Part shown: positions 37,193 through 47,809 of the stretch, piece after piece
Position numbering within the stretch: the first letter of the stretch is position 1
How the letters are laid out: each line of letters begins with the position of its first letter
Assembly: GCA_045123575.1 (NCBI GenBank)
Contig: JBGVKG010000017.1
Coordinates: 15,520-79,519, forward strand
DNA length: 64,000 bases
Reading direction: 5' to 3'
Source of the DNA: Lachnospiraceae bacterium
Lineage (GTDB): Bacteria > Bacillota > Clostridia > Lachnospirales > Lachnospiraceae
The notes under the pieces: model-generated
Told to the model about the DNA's origin: nothing
Database searches by the model: none
The model's input: only the letters and a program-made list of their open reading frames with translations
Made by a program: the position numbers and the translations under genes

Positions 37193-39436
37193 CTATCTAA
37201 GTCTAACTACAGTCTTAAATACATCATCATCTATCTCAACAGTGAAACTTCCGCCCATAAGCTCTGTAAAACTCTTAGCGATAGATAATCCTAATCCATT
37301 CCCCTCTGAATGTCTCGCCTTATCACCTCTAGTAAATCTAGACATAATCTCCTCGGCTGTGAAATCCATCTCATATTCTGACACATTCTTCAGTGTCACT
37401 ACAAACTCTGCACCTTCCATATCCGCTGTCAGATATATTCTAGTACCTGGCATAGAATACTTGAGAGCATTGTCAATTATATTTTGAAACACTCTGTATA
37501 ACTTCTGACCATTACCTGTAAGTGGTGCCGTCTCTGGCACTACCTTTGAACGCAAATCTCTACCTGAGGTTTCAATCTTGTCCTGCATATCAGATAATAC
37601 CTGATTGATAAGCACTACTCCGTCTAACTCCTCCATGGGTACCTGCTCACCGCTAGTAGCCTTTGCCAAATCAAACACATCTGCTACGATATATTTCAGC
37701 CTATCTGATTTATCAGACAATACCTTCACATAATCCTTTGCCACCTCTGACATTTCCTCTTCCTTGAGTAACTCAACATAGCTAATGATAGATGTAAGTG
37801 GTGTCTTTAAGTCATGTGACACATTTGCCACCAGCTCTATCTGCATTTTCTCTGCCTCTACCTGTTTGCGCACTGATTCTTCAAAGTTATCAGACAGATG
37901 AGCAAGCATCTTTAAAGCATCATTCTTCTCGCTATCCTCTACGGTAAAGCTATTATAATTGCCGTTGTAGATGGTTTCTATAGCCTTAGCCACCTTGTTG
38001 TACTTTCTTAGGTCGAAGTATTCTTTAAAGCTGTTGATGTAGTATATAACAACTGCGACCAACATAAATAAGAACAATGGAATTTGCACACCGTGATAAC
38101 CATAATCCCGTTCATACCAGTATTCTACTTCCCATGACAAATATTTGTCTGCTGCTATCAATGCTCCATACTGCTGCAATGCTATAATAGTTACAACAAT
38201 AGTAACAACTGCAACCACAACATCCATTATTATCTTTCTAATATACTTCTTTTTAATATCTGGCAGTGCATCATATCCAGTACTGTCATATACCTTCTTA
38301 AGGAAACGCCCTATACCTTTAACTATCTTAGTAATCAACTGCAATATAGCACAATCCTTAAGTATTCTCTTATTCTTTCTCTTCTTTATAAGTATTCCTA
38401 TCTCATAGAATATAGCGGATACAACGACTGTTCCAAGGATAATATATGCCCATCTTATTCCTTGATTCAGTAATGGTTTTATCCACCACATCTCCCCCCA
38501 ATACCAATACAAATGCTCATAAATATACATTGCTAACATTATTATAGGTGCACTCAAAACAGCCAACATTAGTATATGTAACTCTACTGGTTTCCTCTCC
38601 CACTTATTAAGCTGCGTTAAACCTTCTACAGACTTTCCATACAATATAGCCAATACAAGTAGTGACACCACAAGACATACAGCCTGAATTATCAGATTGA
38701 TTCCCATATCCTTTATATCTTTCTTATAGGTCGAATTAATAACTTTCTTTTCAGACTCAAGTTCTTCATCAACTTCTTTATTTAACCACTCTGTAAATTC
38801 AGATGTACTAAACAATCTAAATGTTAGTAATTCATAATCCATAGACTGCAATATGGTATTCAATCTCTCATTGCCGTCCATTATATTGTCTTCCCAACAA
38901 TCAAATACTACTCCATATCTAATACATCTCTCAAATCGGTGGTCAGAATATTCTTTTATACTAACATTTGTTTTATATTGTAGCTGACCATTTCTACGCA
39001 TTGCATGATATAACTCGACAACATCTCTACCTTCCATGAAATCTAGAGTCTCTACATATACAAAATTTGAATATACCTGTTCAGCATCAGCTATCAAAAT
39101 ATTACTCTTACTTAATAACTCTGCCGCTTCAGCTCCTAAAACATCTTTATAATCATCTATTTTACCATTATATATTTGCCTTATACCATCTATACCAGAT
39201 GTTGCATAGGTCTCTAATATATATAAAAATACTTCATCAAGGAGAGCATCTATCTTTTCTTCTTCTTGTACCTTTATCTGACCAATACTATTCTCAATTT
39301 CGTCTCTCTCTTTACAATATTTTGAGTATATCGCAAACATCTCATAAGATGTAAACAACATACTTCCTATAAGTAAGAAGCACACTGCAGCTATAACCCA
39401 TTTTGTTATCTTATTATATAATATATTCTTCATCAT
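37193..39436 (-). CDS. Sensor histidine kinase with a large multi-TM N-terminal sensor
   Basis: H-box LVANVSHDLKTPLTSI, N-box NIIDNALKYS, G-box GNGLGLSIAKS. The start ATG overlaps the TGA of the upstream response regulator (ATGA). Confidence 0.85.
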   Translation of the reverse strand: MMKNILYNKITKWVIAAVCFLLIGSMLFTSYEMFAIYSKYCKERDEIENSIGQIKVQEEEKIDALLDEVFLYILETYATSGIDGIRQIYNGKIDDYKDVLGAEAAELLSKSNILIADAEQVYSNFVYVETLDFMEGRDVVELYHAMRRNGQLQYKTNVSIKEYSDHRFERCIRYGVVFDCWEDNIMDGNERLNTILQSMDYELLTFRLFSTSEFTEWLNKEVDEELESEKKVINSTYKKDIKDMGINLIIQAVCLVVSLLVLAILYGKSVEGLTQLNKWERKPVELHILMLAVLSAPIIMLAMYIYEHLYWYWGEMWWIKPLLNQGIRWAYIILGTVVVSAIFYEIGILIKKRKNKRILKDCAILQLITKIVKGIGRFLKKVYDSTGYDALPDIKKKYIRKIIMDVVVAVVTIVVTIIALQQYGALIAADKYLSWEVEYWYERDYGYHGVQIPLFLFMLVAVVIYYINSFKEYFDLRKYNKVAKAIETIYNGNYNSFTVEDSEKNDALKMLAHLSDNFEESVRKQVEAEKMQIELVANVSHDLKTPLTSIISYVELLKEEEMSEVAKDYVKVLSDKSDRLKYIVADVFDLAKATSGEQVPMEELDGVVLINQVLSDMQDKIETSGRDLRSKVVPETAPLTGNGQKLYRVFQNIIDNALKYSMPGTRIYLTADMEGAEFVVTLKNVSEYEMDFTAEEIMSRFTRGDKARHSEGNGLGLSIAKSFTELMGGSFTVEIDDDVFKTVVRLR

Positions 39437-40155
39437 CCCTTTACCTCCTCTATCTTGTAACCTAATCCCCATACAACCTTGATATACCTTGGTTCCTTTG
39501 GATTTATCTCTATCTTTTCTCTGAGATGTCTTATATGTACCATAACAGTATTTTCCACAGCGTACCCGTCCTCATTCCATACACTTGTGTAAATATTCTC
39601 AGCAGAAAATATCTTGCCGGGATTCTTCATTAAAAGCTCTAATATCTTATACTCTGTTGCTGTCAGTTTCACACCATCTCCATCCACTGTTAGCTGCTTG
39701 TTATCAGTATCTAATTCTAGACCACCTATGGTTATTACGCTCTTATTATTATGTAACCCTTCACCCATAGTGCCTAGATGCATATACCTTCGTAAACTAG
39801 CACGAACCCTTGCCACAAGCTCCATAGGATTATATGGCTTAGATATGTAATCATCTGCTCCCACACTTAATCCTAATACCTTGTCAGTATCCTCTGACTT
39901 GGCAGACAACACTATAATAGGTATGTTCTTTGTCTGGCGTATACGCATTATAGCCGACAAACCGTCCATACGAGGCATCATGACATCTATAAGCATAAGG
40001 TGTATATCATTACTTATAATAGTATCCAAAGCCTCTAGGCCATCATAAGCCCTGAATACTTTATATCCCTCCTTCTCTAACAGAGTAGCTATAGCCTTCA
40101 CTATGTCCTTGTCATCATCCACTACCAATATGTTTGTCTTAAATCCTGTGTCCAT
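39433..40155 (-). CDS. OmpR/PhoB-family response regulator
   Basis: 240 aa: receiver (VVDDDKD, LIDVMMP, KPY) plus winged helix (LTATEYKILELL, GLGYKI). Confidence 0.9.
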   Translation of the reverse strand: MDTGFKTNILVVDDDKDIVKAIATLLEKEGYKVFRAYDGLEALDTIISNDIHLMLIDVMMPRMDGLSAIMRIRQTKNIPIIVLSAKSEDTDKVLGLSVGADDYISKPYNPMELVARVRASLRRYMHLGTMGEGLHNNKSVITIGGLELDTDNKQLTVDGDGVKLTATEYKILELLMKNPGKIFSAENIYTSVWNEDGYAVENTVMVHIRHLREKIEINPKEPRYIKVVWGLGYKIEEVKG

Positions 40156-40359
40156 GTTTATCTCCTGTTATATAGGTTAATCGCATAGTTTTTATCTTAT
40201 CCCCTATGCAATAAAAATCACCCGTTTTATTACAATCGAAGTCACTTCGTAACTTTGATTTAGTACGCAAATAGTGTACCACATCTAACGGATGATTTTA
40301 ATATAAATTATAAATCTTATAAAAAAGTTGATAAAATTCTTAAGATTTTCTTAAGGATA

Positions 40360-40590
40360 AAGCAACAGCACAAGAAAAACTATGTGTACACGATTTTAAG
40401 CTTGCTTAAAAAATCGTGGATATATAGTTTTTCTTGTATTGGGCGCAGCCCGTGAATGAAATAGCTTACGAAGTAAGCTATGAATTCTGGCTGTTGCTTA
40501 TATATCTATATTTACATTTTTTCTTGCATCAAGCGCAGCCCGTGAATGAAATAGCTTACGAAGTAAGCTATGAATTCTGGCTGTTGCTTA
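40360..40590. repeat. Composite hairpin repeat containing an exact 58-nt direct duplication
   Basis: 40443-40500 equals 40533-40590 exactly (gcgcagcccgtgaatgaaatagcttacgaagtaagctatgaattctggctgttgctta), and each copy is itself a hairpin. An inverted partial copy aagcaacagcacaagaaaaa lies at 40360-40379, with an intervening hairpin cacgatttt..aaaatcgtg. Confidence 0.9.
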
Positions 40591-41266
40591 ACGCACACAA
40601 GTCCTTCACAACCTCACTAGCCATCAAAAGTCCAGCAACTGAAGGCGAAAAAGCTATACTTCCTGGCACTTCCCCCTTATATACAGGCACTTCCTTGGAA
40701 TATACCACCTTTAGCTTCTTTACACCTCTTGTCTTCAGTTCCTTTCGCATAACCTTTGCCAGCGGACACATCTCTGTCTTATATATATCTGCTATCTCAA
40801 ACTTATCTGGGCACACCTTATTGCCTGCGCCCATAGCTGATATAACTGGCACACCTGCCTCCTTAGCCTGCATTATTATCTGTATCTTAGCTGTAACAGT
40901 ATCTACAGCATCTACTACATAATCATACTGAGCGAAATCAAACTCATGAGCATTGTCAGGAAGAAAGAAGCATTTTCTAGCGTCTACTTGTATATCAGGG
41001 TTAATATCAAGCATACGCTCCTTAAGTACATCTACCTTATCTCTACCAATAGTTGAATGTAGAGCTATTATCTGTCTGTTTATATTTGACTCTGACACAG
41101 TATCCTTGTCCACTATGGTTATGTGTCCTACTCCGCTTCTTGCTAGCGCTTCCGCAACATATCCACCTACACCACCAACACCAAAGATAAGCACTTTCGA
41201 ATTATTTAATTTAACTATAGCGTCTTCACCTAAAAGTAATGCTGTTCGTGAAAATTGTTCCTTCAT
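40568..41266 (-). CDS. tcdA: tRNA threonylcarbamoyladenosine dehydratase (ThiF/E1-like, TcdA/CsdL)
   Basis: 232 aa with Rossmann motif VLIFGVGGVGGYVAEALARSGVG, then DKDTVSESNINRQ and a TcdA-like C-terminal half. The last 7 codons and the stop lie inside the 58-nt repeat. Confidence 0.75.
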   Translation of the reverse strand: MKEQFSRTALLLGEDAIVKLNNSKVLIFGVGGVGGYVAEALARSGVGHITIVDKDTVSESNINRQIIALHSTIGRDKVDVLKERMLDINPDIQVDARKCFFLPDNAHEFDFAQYDYVVDAVDTVTAKIQIIMQAKEAGVPVISAMGAGNKVCPDKFEIADIYKTEMCPLAKVMRKELKTRGVKKLKVVYSKEVPVYKGEVPGSIAFSPSVAGLLMASEVVKDLCALSNSQNS

Positions 41267-41280
41267 ATATCATACCTCAT

Positions 41281-41314
41281 TTAAAATATCAGTCGGATAG
41301 AACATCCGACTGAT
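41281..41314 (-). terminator. Putative terminator after tyrS
   Basis: 11-bp stem atcagtcggat(41288-41298)/atccgactgat(41304-41314), followed on the minus strand by AUUUUA. Confidence 0.45.
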
Positions 41315-41330
41315 AATATCACCATTATTA

Positions 41331-42551
41331 TTACACAAGTACAATCTTCTTAAACGATTTCTTACCCTTCTTAAGGAGTACTCCTGCCTTTAACTGCTCT
41401 TCTGTGAGAACAGCCTTTACATCTGTAATCTTCTCACCGTCAGCTGTAACACCGCCCTGCTCGATAGCTCTTCTACCTTCACCACGTGAAGCTACCATCT
41501 CTGCTGTAACAAGAGCTGTTATAACATCCATAGCGCCGTCTGTAAGAGCATCTGCTGTAACCTCCACTGTTGGAGCATTGTCACCATTACCTGCTCCGAA
41601 GAGTGAACGAGCCTGCGCCTGTGCCTCATTAGCATCTTCCTCGCCGTGAACAAGCTTTGTAAGCTCGTATGCAAGGATTTCCTTTGCCTGATTAAGCTGG
41701 CTACCTTCCCAGCTATCCATCTCATTGATCTGTTCGATAGGGAGGAATGTAAGCATACGGATACACTTAAGTACGTCTGCATCTGCCACATTTCTCCAGT
41801 ACTGGTAGAACTCGTATGGTGTAGTCTTGTTTCTGTCAAGCCATACTGCACCTGACTGTGTCTTACCCATCTTCTTACCTTCTGAGTTAAGAAGAAGTGT
41901 GATGGTCATAGCGTGTGCGTCCTTGCCAAGCTTTCTTCTGATAAGCTCTGTACCACCAAGCATATTGCTCCACTGGTCATCGCCACCAAACTGCATATTA
42001 CAGCCGTACTTCTGGAATAACATATAGAAGTCGTAGCTTTGCATAATCATGTAGTTAAACTCAAGGAAGCTTAAACCCTTCTCCATACGCTGCTTGTAGC
42101 ACTCTGCTGTCAACATTCTGTTTACAGAGAAGTGTGGACCAACCTCTCTAAGTACATCGATGTAGTTAAGGTCCATAAGCCAGTCGGCATTATTTACCAG
42201 TATAGCCTTGTCCTCAGAGAAGTCGATAAATCTGCTCATCTGCTTCTTGAAACACTCTACATTATGGTTAATAGTCTCATTTGTCATCATCTGACGCATA
42301 TCACTTCTACCAGATGGATCACCAATCTGTGCTGTACCTCCACCGATAAGTACGATAGGCTTATTGCCAGCCATCTGAAGTCTCTTCATAAGACAAAGTG
42401 CCATAAAATGACCTACATGTAAGCTGTCTGCTGTTGGGTCAAAGCCAATGTAGAATGTTGCCTTTCCCTCGTTTACCATCTTCTTGATTTCTTCTTCATT
42501 TGTTACCTGCGCGATAAGTCCACGCGCAATAAGTTCTTCATAGATTCCCAT
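41331..42551 (-). CDS. tyrS: Tyrosine--tRNA ligase
   Basis: HIGH-type motif ADSLHVGH, KMSKS-type KMGKT, and a C-terminal S4-like domain. Start set at MGIYEELIARG (AAAGGAG upstream). Confidence 0.95.
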   Translation of the reverse strand: MGIYEELIARGLIAQVTNEEEIKKMVNEGKATFYIGFDPTADSLHVGHFMALCLMKRLQMAGNKPIVLIGGGTAQIGDPSGRSDMRQMMTNETINHNVECFKKQMSRFIDFSEDKAILVNNADWLMDLNYIDVLREVGPHFSVNRMLTAECYKQRMEKGLSFLEFNYMIMQSYDFYMLFQKYGCNMQFGGDDQWSNMLGGTELIRRKLGKDAHAMTITLLLNSEGKKMGKTQSGAVWLDRNKTTPYEFYQYWRNVADADVLKCIRMLTFLPIEQINEMDSWEGSQLNQAKEILAYELTKLVHGEEDANEAQAQARSLFGAGNGDNAPTVEVTADALTDGAMDVITALVTAEMVASRGEGRRAIEQGGVTADGEKITDVKAVLTEEQLKAGVLLKKGKKSFKKIVLV

Positions 42552-42619
42552 TGTTTTTTCTCCTTTACTATACATTTTAAATCTGTTAAAGGACTTGTTT
42601 CTTTCTCAATAATATATAT

Positions 42620-42940
42620 AAAAGAAGCTCGTCCTTTATAAATAAAGGACGAGCATTATACCCGTGTTACCACCTTAATTCATAGAGCATTCACACACTC
42701 TACCTTAGTAGGTACTGACCTGTTATACCAAAATGGAATTCACTTCACGATTTTGATTACGATCAAGACCCTAGCACTCTAACGGTTGCCCTCCGTCGCA
42801 GCCTACTGGATTGCTCTTTCGGTACGAAGCTCATGGATGTATTCGTAAACTTAAGTATCTCCTGCGCCTCTCATCAACCGGCTACTTTCTGTAGGTCTTC
42901 CCTAGAACTACTTGTTCCAATCATTGCTTTTTCAATATAT
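42620..42940 (-). promoter_or_regulatory. T-box leader (Tyr) controlling tyrS
   Basis: Minus strand has specifier context cGAA-UAC-Auc (Tyr codon UAC) and T-box sequence ttAAGGTGGTAACACGGGta (plus 42661-42676). Terminator gctcgtcc..ggacgagc (42627-42654) and a U-run follow. Confidence 0.85.
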
Positions 42941-42946
42941 ATTGGT

Positions 42947-42974
42947 AGTATAGCATTTTCTTTCCGTGTGTCAA
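42947..42974 (-). promoter_or_regulatory. Sigma-A promoter of the tyrS T-box leader
   Basis: Minus strand TTGACA (42969-42974), 16-nt spacer ending in TGc, then TATACT (42947-42952). Confidence 0.55.
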
Positions 42975-43007
42975 GTAATTTTACGATGAAACACTATATT
43001 TAGCATA

Positions 43008-45497
43008 CTATTCCACTGCTTTAAGTGACTCCGCCATCTTTATCTTTGCTATATGTTTTCTCATAAACAGATTAACTATAGTCGCAAATACAACTGTGAG
43101 TATAAGTGCATACACATAGCTAATAGGCTTTATTTCCACTCTAAACATAATCAAGTCTATCTGTATCATACTCATAACTATCCTGTGGAATACCACTCCT
43201 AGTGGCAAGCCCACAAAACCTGCCAGTATAGATAAACCTATATTTTCTGTTAGTACGTAGCTTTCCGTTTCATTCTTACGGAAACCAAGGACCTGTACGG
43301 TAGCTATCTCTCTACTTCTTTCTGCCAGATTGATATTTGTCAGGTTGTAGATAACTATAAATGCTAATGCTGCCGAGAATACAACTACCATCAACACTAT
43401 ATAGTCTAGACATGACAATGCATTATTTACCAAGTCTCTCATTACCTCAAGCTGTTGCACACTAGCTATAGCCTCCACATCATTGACCTTTTTAGCGACT
43501 TCATCCACATCACCATCTATGGTTATAAGTGCTGTCTTTTCTGCCCATTCACCAAACGTATCCTCATATGTCTCTGGCGATATAAATATGTAGCTGTTTA
43601 AATAATTTTCAAATATGCCTGTAACCTTTATCTTAGCTGTGTGCATATCTGCATCCTGCACCTCTATCACATCTCCAACTAATATCGAAAGCTTATCTGC
43701 CAATTTAGCACTTATAATCATTTCTCCCTTTTGGGGATATGTTAATACTCCGTTATCATCATGGAGGTTCCAGAAATCTGATAGCTTTGTAGTATCATCT
43801 ACGCATATCATATTTACAGAGCTAAATCTGTCCTTCTCACCTATGACATCTACAAACTGCGATGAGCAGAATATATACTTTTCTACCTCTTTTATACTGT
43901 CTAAGCCTTCTATTACATCATCCCTTGTTTCAGGTGCAAATGACGCCTCAAGCTCATACTTTTGTATACCATCATAATGTCTGTCAGCCACATCAAACAT
44001 AGAGTCAGCCACACCGAAGGCTGTAACCAATAAACCAGTACAACAGCTTATACCTACTATCATAAGTATCAGTTTTCTCTTATATCTAAACATATTTCTA
44101 AGAGTAATCTTCTGCAAGAAAGTTAATCTCTTCCATACGAATGTTACACGTTCAATCAACACTCTCTTACCATTCTTTGCCGCCCTTGGTCTTATAAGCT
44201 TGGCAGGCTCACTAAATAGCTCCTTACGGCATGACAGATATGTACTGCCAAGTATACCTATAAGAGATACGCATAACGTAACCGCCGCCATAACAGGGCT
44301 AAACAAGTATGATAATGGCGCAAAGTTATACATAGAATTATATGCAAACCAGAATATCTGAGGTATACCCCAAGTACACACAAAATATCCTATAGTCCAA
44401 CCTATAACAGTTGCACTACCTGCATACAATAAATATTTAGCCACTATCTTTCCATTGCTAAAGCCCATAGCCTTCAATACACCTATCTGTGTTCTCTCCT
44501 CGTCCACCATTCTAGTCATAGTGGTCATACACACAAGCATAGCAATCATTATGAAAAATACAGGGAATATATTGGCGATACCACTGACTATTCCAGTATC
44601 ATTTTCAAAACTTGTATATCCTGTATTTTCATTTCTAGTGAGTACGTAGGTCTCTGCTTCAACTAATCCATATTGCTCTGCTAACGCTTCCTTAGTTGTT
44701 CCAAGCATAGCAGCCATTTCATCAGTTATGCCGTTTTCCTTAAGCAAGTCCTGATATCTCTTATCCGCTCTATCTTCTAGCAATTTCTCTATATCATCAA
44801 TCTTATTATCTATCAATGACTGATATTCATCGCTATATATATATTCTGCATCTGTCAAGGTCATATTAAGCTCTGTATATACGTCAAGCTCAAATACATC
44901 TTCATTAACATATATAAAGCCATTTAATGCTCCACTTCCAACAGTTGTCGTTCCGCGGTCTATACCTATATGCATCGGTGACTCAGCCAAACCTACGATG
45001 GTATACTCTGTGTAGCTTAGCTTAGAGGTTATATCCTCTCCATTGCTATTCGCCAGCTTAACAGTAGTTCCAATATCTTCCTTTGTATATTTATCTGCAT
45101 CCACCAGACACTCTTTTTTATTCTCTGGCATCCTGCCCTCTACAAGCGATATCTGATTTACCAGCTCTGGTATGGACATTATCTTAAACTCCTTATCAGC
45201 ATCCTTGTACTCTATAATGGCGTCTACACTATATGTACCTTCGGCATTCAATATCTCGTCCAGCTTGGCGAATTCCTTTACATCTTCCTCCGTGATACCA
45301 AGTGTCGATATCAAACGAAAATCATAGAAATGATGGTCTGACAAATATATATCTGCAGTATTCACCATAGCATTCTTAGTAAGCTTCAAACCTGCAAAGA
45401 ATCCAGCACTTAATGCCACTATACTTAATAACGCCATATATCTTCCCATGGAGTTTTTTATACTTCTCCATGCCATTTTTATAATAGATGTCTTCAT
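43008..45497 (-). CDS. ABC transporter permease with two FtsX domains (MacB-type)
   Basis: About 829 aa. Two repeats, each a TM helix plus a large extracytoplasmic domain plus 3 TM helices (FtsX fold). Immediately downstream of the ATPase. Start chosen at MKTSIIKMAWRSIKN. Confidence 0.8.
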   Translation of the reverse strand: MKTSIIKMAWRSIKNSMGRYMALLSIVALSAGFFAGLKLTKNAMVNTADIYLSDHHFYDFRLISTLGITEEDVKEFAKLDEILNAEGTYSVDAIIEYKDADKEFKIMSIPELVNQISLVEGRMPENKKECLVDADKYTKEDIGTTVKLANSNGEDITSKLSYTEYTIVGLAESPMHIGIDRGTTTVGSGALNGFIYVNEDVFELDVYTELNMTLTDAEYIYSDEYQSLIDNKIDDIEKLLEDRADKRYQDLLKENGITDEMAAMLGTTKEALAEQYGLVEAETYVLTRNENTGYTSFENDTGIVSGIANIFPVFFIMIAMLVCMTTMTRMVDEERTQIGVLKAMGFSNGKIVAKYLLYAGSATVIGWTIGYFVCTWGIPQIFWFAYNSMYNFAPLSYLFSPVMAAVTLCVSLIGILGSTYLSCRKELFSEPAKLIRPRAAKNGKRVLIERVTFVWKRLTFLQKITLRNMFRYKRKLILMIVGISCCTGLLVTAFGVADSMFDVADRHYDGIQKYELEASFAPETRDDVIEGLDSIKEVEKYIFCSSQFVDVIGEKDRFSSVNMICVDDTTKLSDFWNLHDDNGVLTYPQKGEMIISAKLADKLSILVGDVIEVQDADMHTAKIKVTGIFENYLNSYIFISPETYEDTFGEWAEKTALITIDGDVDEVAKKVNDVEAIASVQQLEVMRDLVNNALSCLDYIVLMVVVFSAALAFIVIYNLTNINLAERSREIATVQVLGFRKNETESYVLTENIGLSILAGFVGLPLGVVFHRIVMSMIQIDLIMFRVEIKPISYVYALILTVVFATIVNLFMRKHIAKIKMAESLKAVE

Positions 45498-45501
45498 AGG
45501 T

Positions 45502-46209
45502 TTACCACTCAATCTCGTCAATAGAAACGACGTTTTCATTTATCTCGTTAGATATTATCTTTCCACTCTTTATCTTAATAACACGGTCAGCCATAGGTGC
45601 TATAGCCTGATTGTGTGTGATAATGATAACTGTTGTACCACGCTCCTTGCTAAGGTCGTATAGCAGCTTTAATACTGCCTTTCCTGTTACATAATCTAGC
45701 GCTCCAGTAGGCTCATCACACAGAAGTAATCTAGGATTTTTCGCCAAAGCTCTGGCGATAGCCACTCTTTGCTGTTCTCCACCTGAAAGCTGTGCTGGGA
45801 AGTTACCAGCTCTCTCTGACAATCCAACCATATCTAATGCTTCCTCTGCCGGTATAGGATTCTTACAAAGCTGTGCTGCTATCTCTACATTCTCAAGTGC
45901 TGTAAGATTCGGTATAAGGTTATAAAACTGGAATACAAAACCCACATCATGTCGACGATACTCTGTAAGCTCACGCTTGTTAAGTTTAGATATATCCTTG
46001 CCATCAAACTCTATCTGACCACTGGTAATACTGTCCATACCACCAAGCATATTTAAAAGTGTAGTCTTTCCTGCACCTGATGAGCCCAGCAATATGCAAA
46101 ATTCTCCCTTTTCTACCTCGAAATCTATACCTGCCAATGCATTAATCTGTGCATTTCCTGTTCCATATGTTTTCTTTACATCACTAAACTTAATGTATTT
46201 ATCTGACAT
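45502..46209 (-). CDS. ABC transporter ATP-binding protein (MacB/LolD-type)
   Basis: Walker [10 protein letters not shown], signature [15 protein letters not shown], Walker [13 protein letters not shown]. Start at MSDKYIKF (AAGGAG upstream). Confidence 0.9.
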   Translation of the reverse strand: MSDKYIKFSDVKKTYGTGNAQINALAGIDFEVEKGEFCILLGSSGAGKTTLLNMLGGMDSITSGQIEFDGKDISKLNKRELTEYRRHDVGFVFQFYNLIPNLTALENVEIAAQLCKNPIPAEEALDMVGLSERAGNFPAQLSGGEQQRVAIARALAKNPRLLLCDEPTGALDYVTGKAVLKLLYDLSKERGTTVIIITHNQAIAPMADRVIKIKSGKIISNEINENVVSIDEIEW

Positions 46210-46342
46210 AATTTTCTCCTTCTTTTGCAATATATTAATAGCCTATGCCCTCTTCTAGCATTTTTAGCCCATATATGTGTTTATTTTATCATAAATTTGT
46301 TAAAAATGTGTTAATCATATTTTTTTATTTTAAAATTACACA

Positions 46343-46374
46343 TAAAAATGGTATGGTCACATAAAACCATACCA
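46343..46374 (-). terminator. Intrinsic terminator after argH
   Basis: 9-bp stem tggtatggt(46349-46357)/accatacca(46366-46374), followed on the minus strand by UUUUUA. Confidence 0.6.
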
Positions 46375-46386
46375 CTTTGTTACATA

Positions 46387-47781
46387 TTAAAATGTCTTTA
46401 TCTCAGCATTATTAGCCATATACTCTTCGTTTATAGCTATAACCTTCTTCATAGCCTCCATACCAGGTGCTCCTATAGTCATACGTTTCTCCACGCATGT
46501 CTTAAGACTGATAGCCTCGTATATATCCTGCTCAAATACAGGGCTGATAGCCTTATATTCCTCTAAAGTCATATCATCGAGAGCGATGTCCTTTTCTATA
46601 CAGAAAAGTACAAGCTGTCCTACTATACCGTGTGCATCTCTAAATGGAACGCCCTTACCTACTAGGTAATCTGCTGCATCTGTAGCATTAGTGAAGCCGT
46701 TCTTTGCACTAGACTCCATATTGTTCTTATTAAACGACATAGTATCTATCATACCTGTGAAGAGTGATATACAACCCTTTGTAGTATCTATAGCATCAAA
46801 AGTCATCTCCTTATCCTCCTGCATATCCTTATTATACGCAAGTGGTAAGCCCTTCATAGTTGTGAGAAGTGACATAAGTGCGCCATATACACGACCTGTC
46901 TTGCCCCTAACAAGCTCTGCTATATCAGGGTTCTTCTTCTGTGGCATAATACTACTACCTGTGCTATAAGCATCATCTAATTCAACAAAGCGATACTCAT
47001 TACTGTTCCAGATGATTATCTCCTCTGAGAAACGGCTAAGGTGCATCATTATAGTAGACATTGCACTTAAAAACTCTATAAGGTAATCTCTGTCTGATAC
47101 AGAATCCATACTATTTAATGTAGGTCCTTCAAAGCCTAAAAGTGATGCTGTAAGCTCTCTATCCAGTGGATATGTAGTACCTGCAAGTGCGCCTGAACCG
47201 ATAGGACTATAGTTCATTCTCTTATATATGTCCTTAAGTCTGTCTCTATCTCTTTTGAACATCTCGAAATACGCACCAAAATGATGAGCAAGTGTTATAG
47301 GCTGCGCCTTCTGAAGGTGTGTGAAGCCTGGCATAAATGTATCTACATTCTCCTTCATTATACGGAGGATAACCTCTAAAAGTTTCTTCAACAGCTGGTC
47401 TACCTCTACAACCTCATCTCTTGTGTAAAGCTTCATATCTAAAGCAACCTGATCATTTCTACTTCTACCTGTGTGAAGCTTCTTGCCTGGCTCACCTATT
47501 CTCTCGATAAGATTTGCCTCTACAAATGAGTGAATATCCTCATGTTCCTCTGTTATCTCAAGCTTACCTGACTCTATATCAGCCAGTATGCCCTTTAAAC
47601 CTTCTATGATTACTCTTGTATCATCCTCTGTTATGATACCCACTGTTCCAAGCTGTGTTACATGGGCTATGCTTCCCTCTATGTCCTGCTTATAGAACTT
47701 CTGGTCAAATGATATTGACGCATTAAAATTGTGAACTAACTGATTCTCTTCCTTTGTGAATCTTCCGCCCCAAAGTTTCAT
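46387..47781 (-). CDS. argH: Argininosuccinate lyase
   Basis: 464 aa with [17 protein letters not shown], and the fumarate-lyase signature [12 protein letters not shown]. Confidence 0.95.
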   Translation of the reverse strand: MKLWGGRFTKEENQLVHNFNASISFDQKFYKQDIEGSIAHVTQLGTVGIITEDDTRVIIEGLKGILADIESGKLEITEEHEDIHSFVEANLIERIGEPGKKLHTGRSRNDQVALDMKLYTRDEVVEVDQLLKKLLEVILRIMKENVDTFMPGFTHLQKAQPITLAHHFGAYFEMFKRDRDRLKDIYKRMNYSPIGSGALAGTTYPLDRELTASLLGFEGPTLNSMDSVSDRDYLIEFLSAMSTIMMHLSRFSEEIIIWNSNEYRFVELDDAYSTGSSIMPQKKNPDIAELVRGKTGRVYGALMSLLTTMKGLPLAYNKDMQEDKEMTFDAIDTTKGCISLFTGMIDTMSFNKNNMESSAKNGFTNATDAADYLVGKGVPFRDAHGIVGQLVLFCIEKDIALDDMTLEEYKAISPVFEQDIYEAISLKTCVEKRMTIGAPGMEAMKKVIAINEEYMANNAEIKTF

Positions 47782-47809
47782 GATATATTTCCTCCATTAT
47801 CTATTTTCT

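Noticed and set aside
40443-40590. Possible mini-CRISPR array (identical repeats with a spacer).
   Set aside because: There are only two copies. The repeat is 58 nt with a 32-nt spacer (90-nt period), which is atypical. The repeats are long hairpins overlapping a gene end, and no cas genes are in the window.
40434-40922. 162-aa plus-strand ORF containing AQPVNEIAYEVSYEFWLLL twice.
   Set aside because: The internal repeat is just the translated 58-nt DNA duplication. The rest is antisense to tcdA, and there is no RBS.
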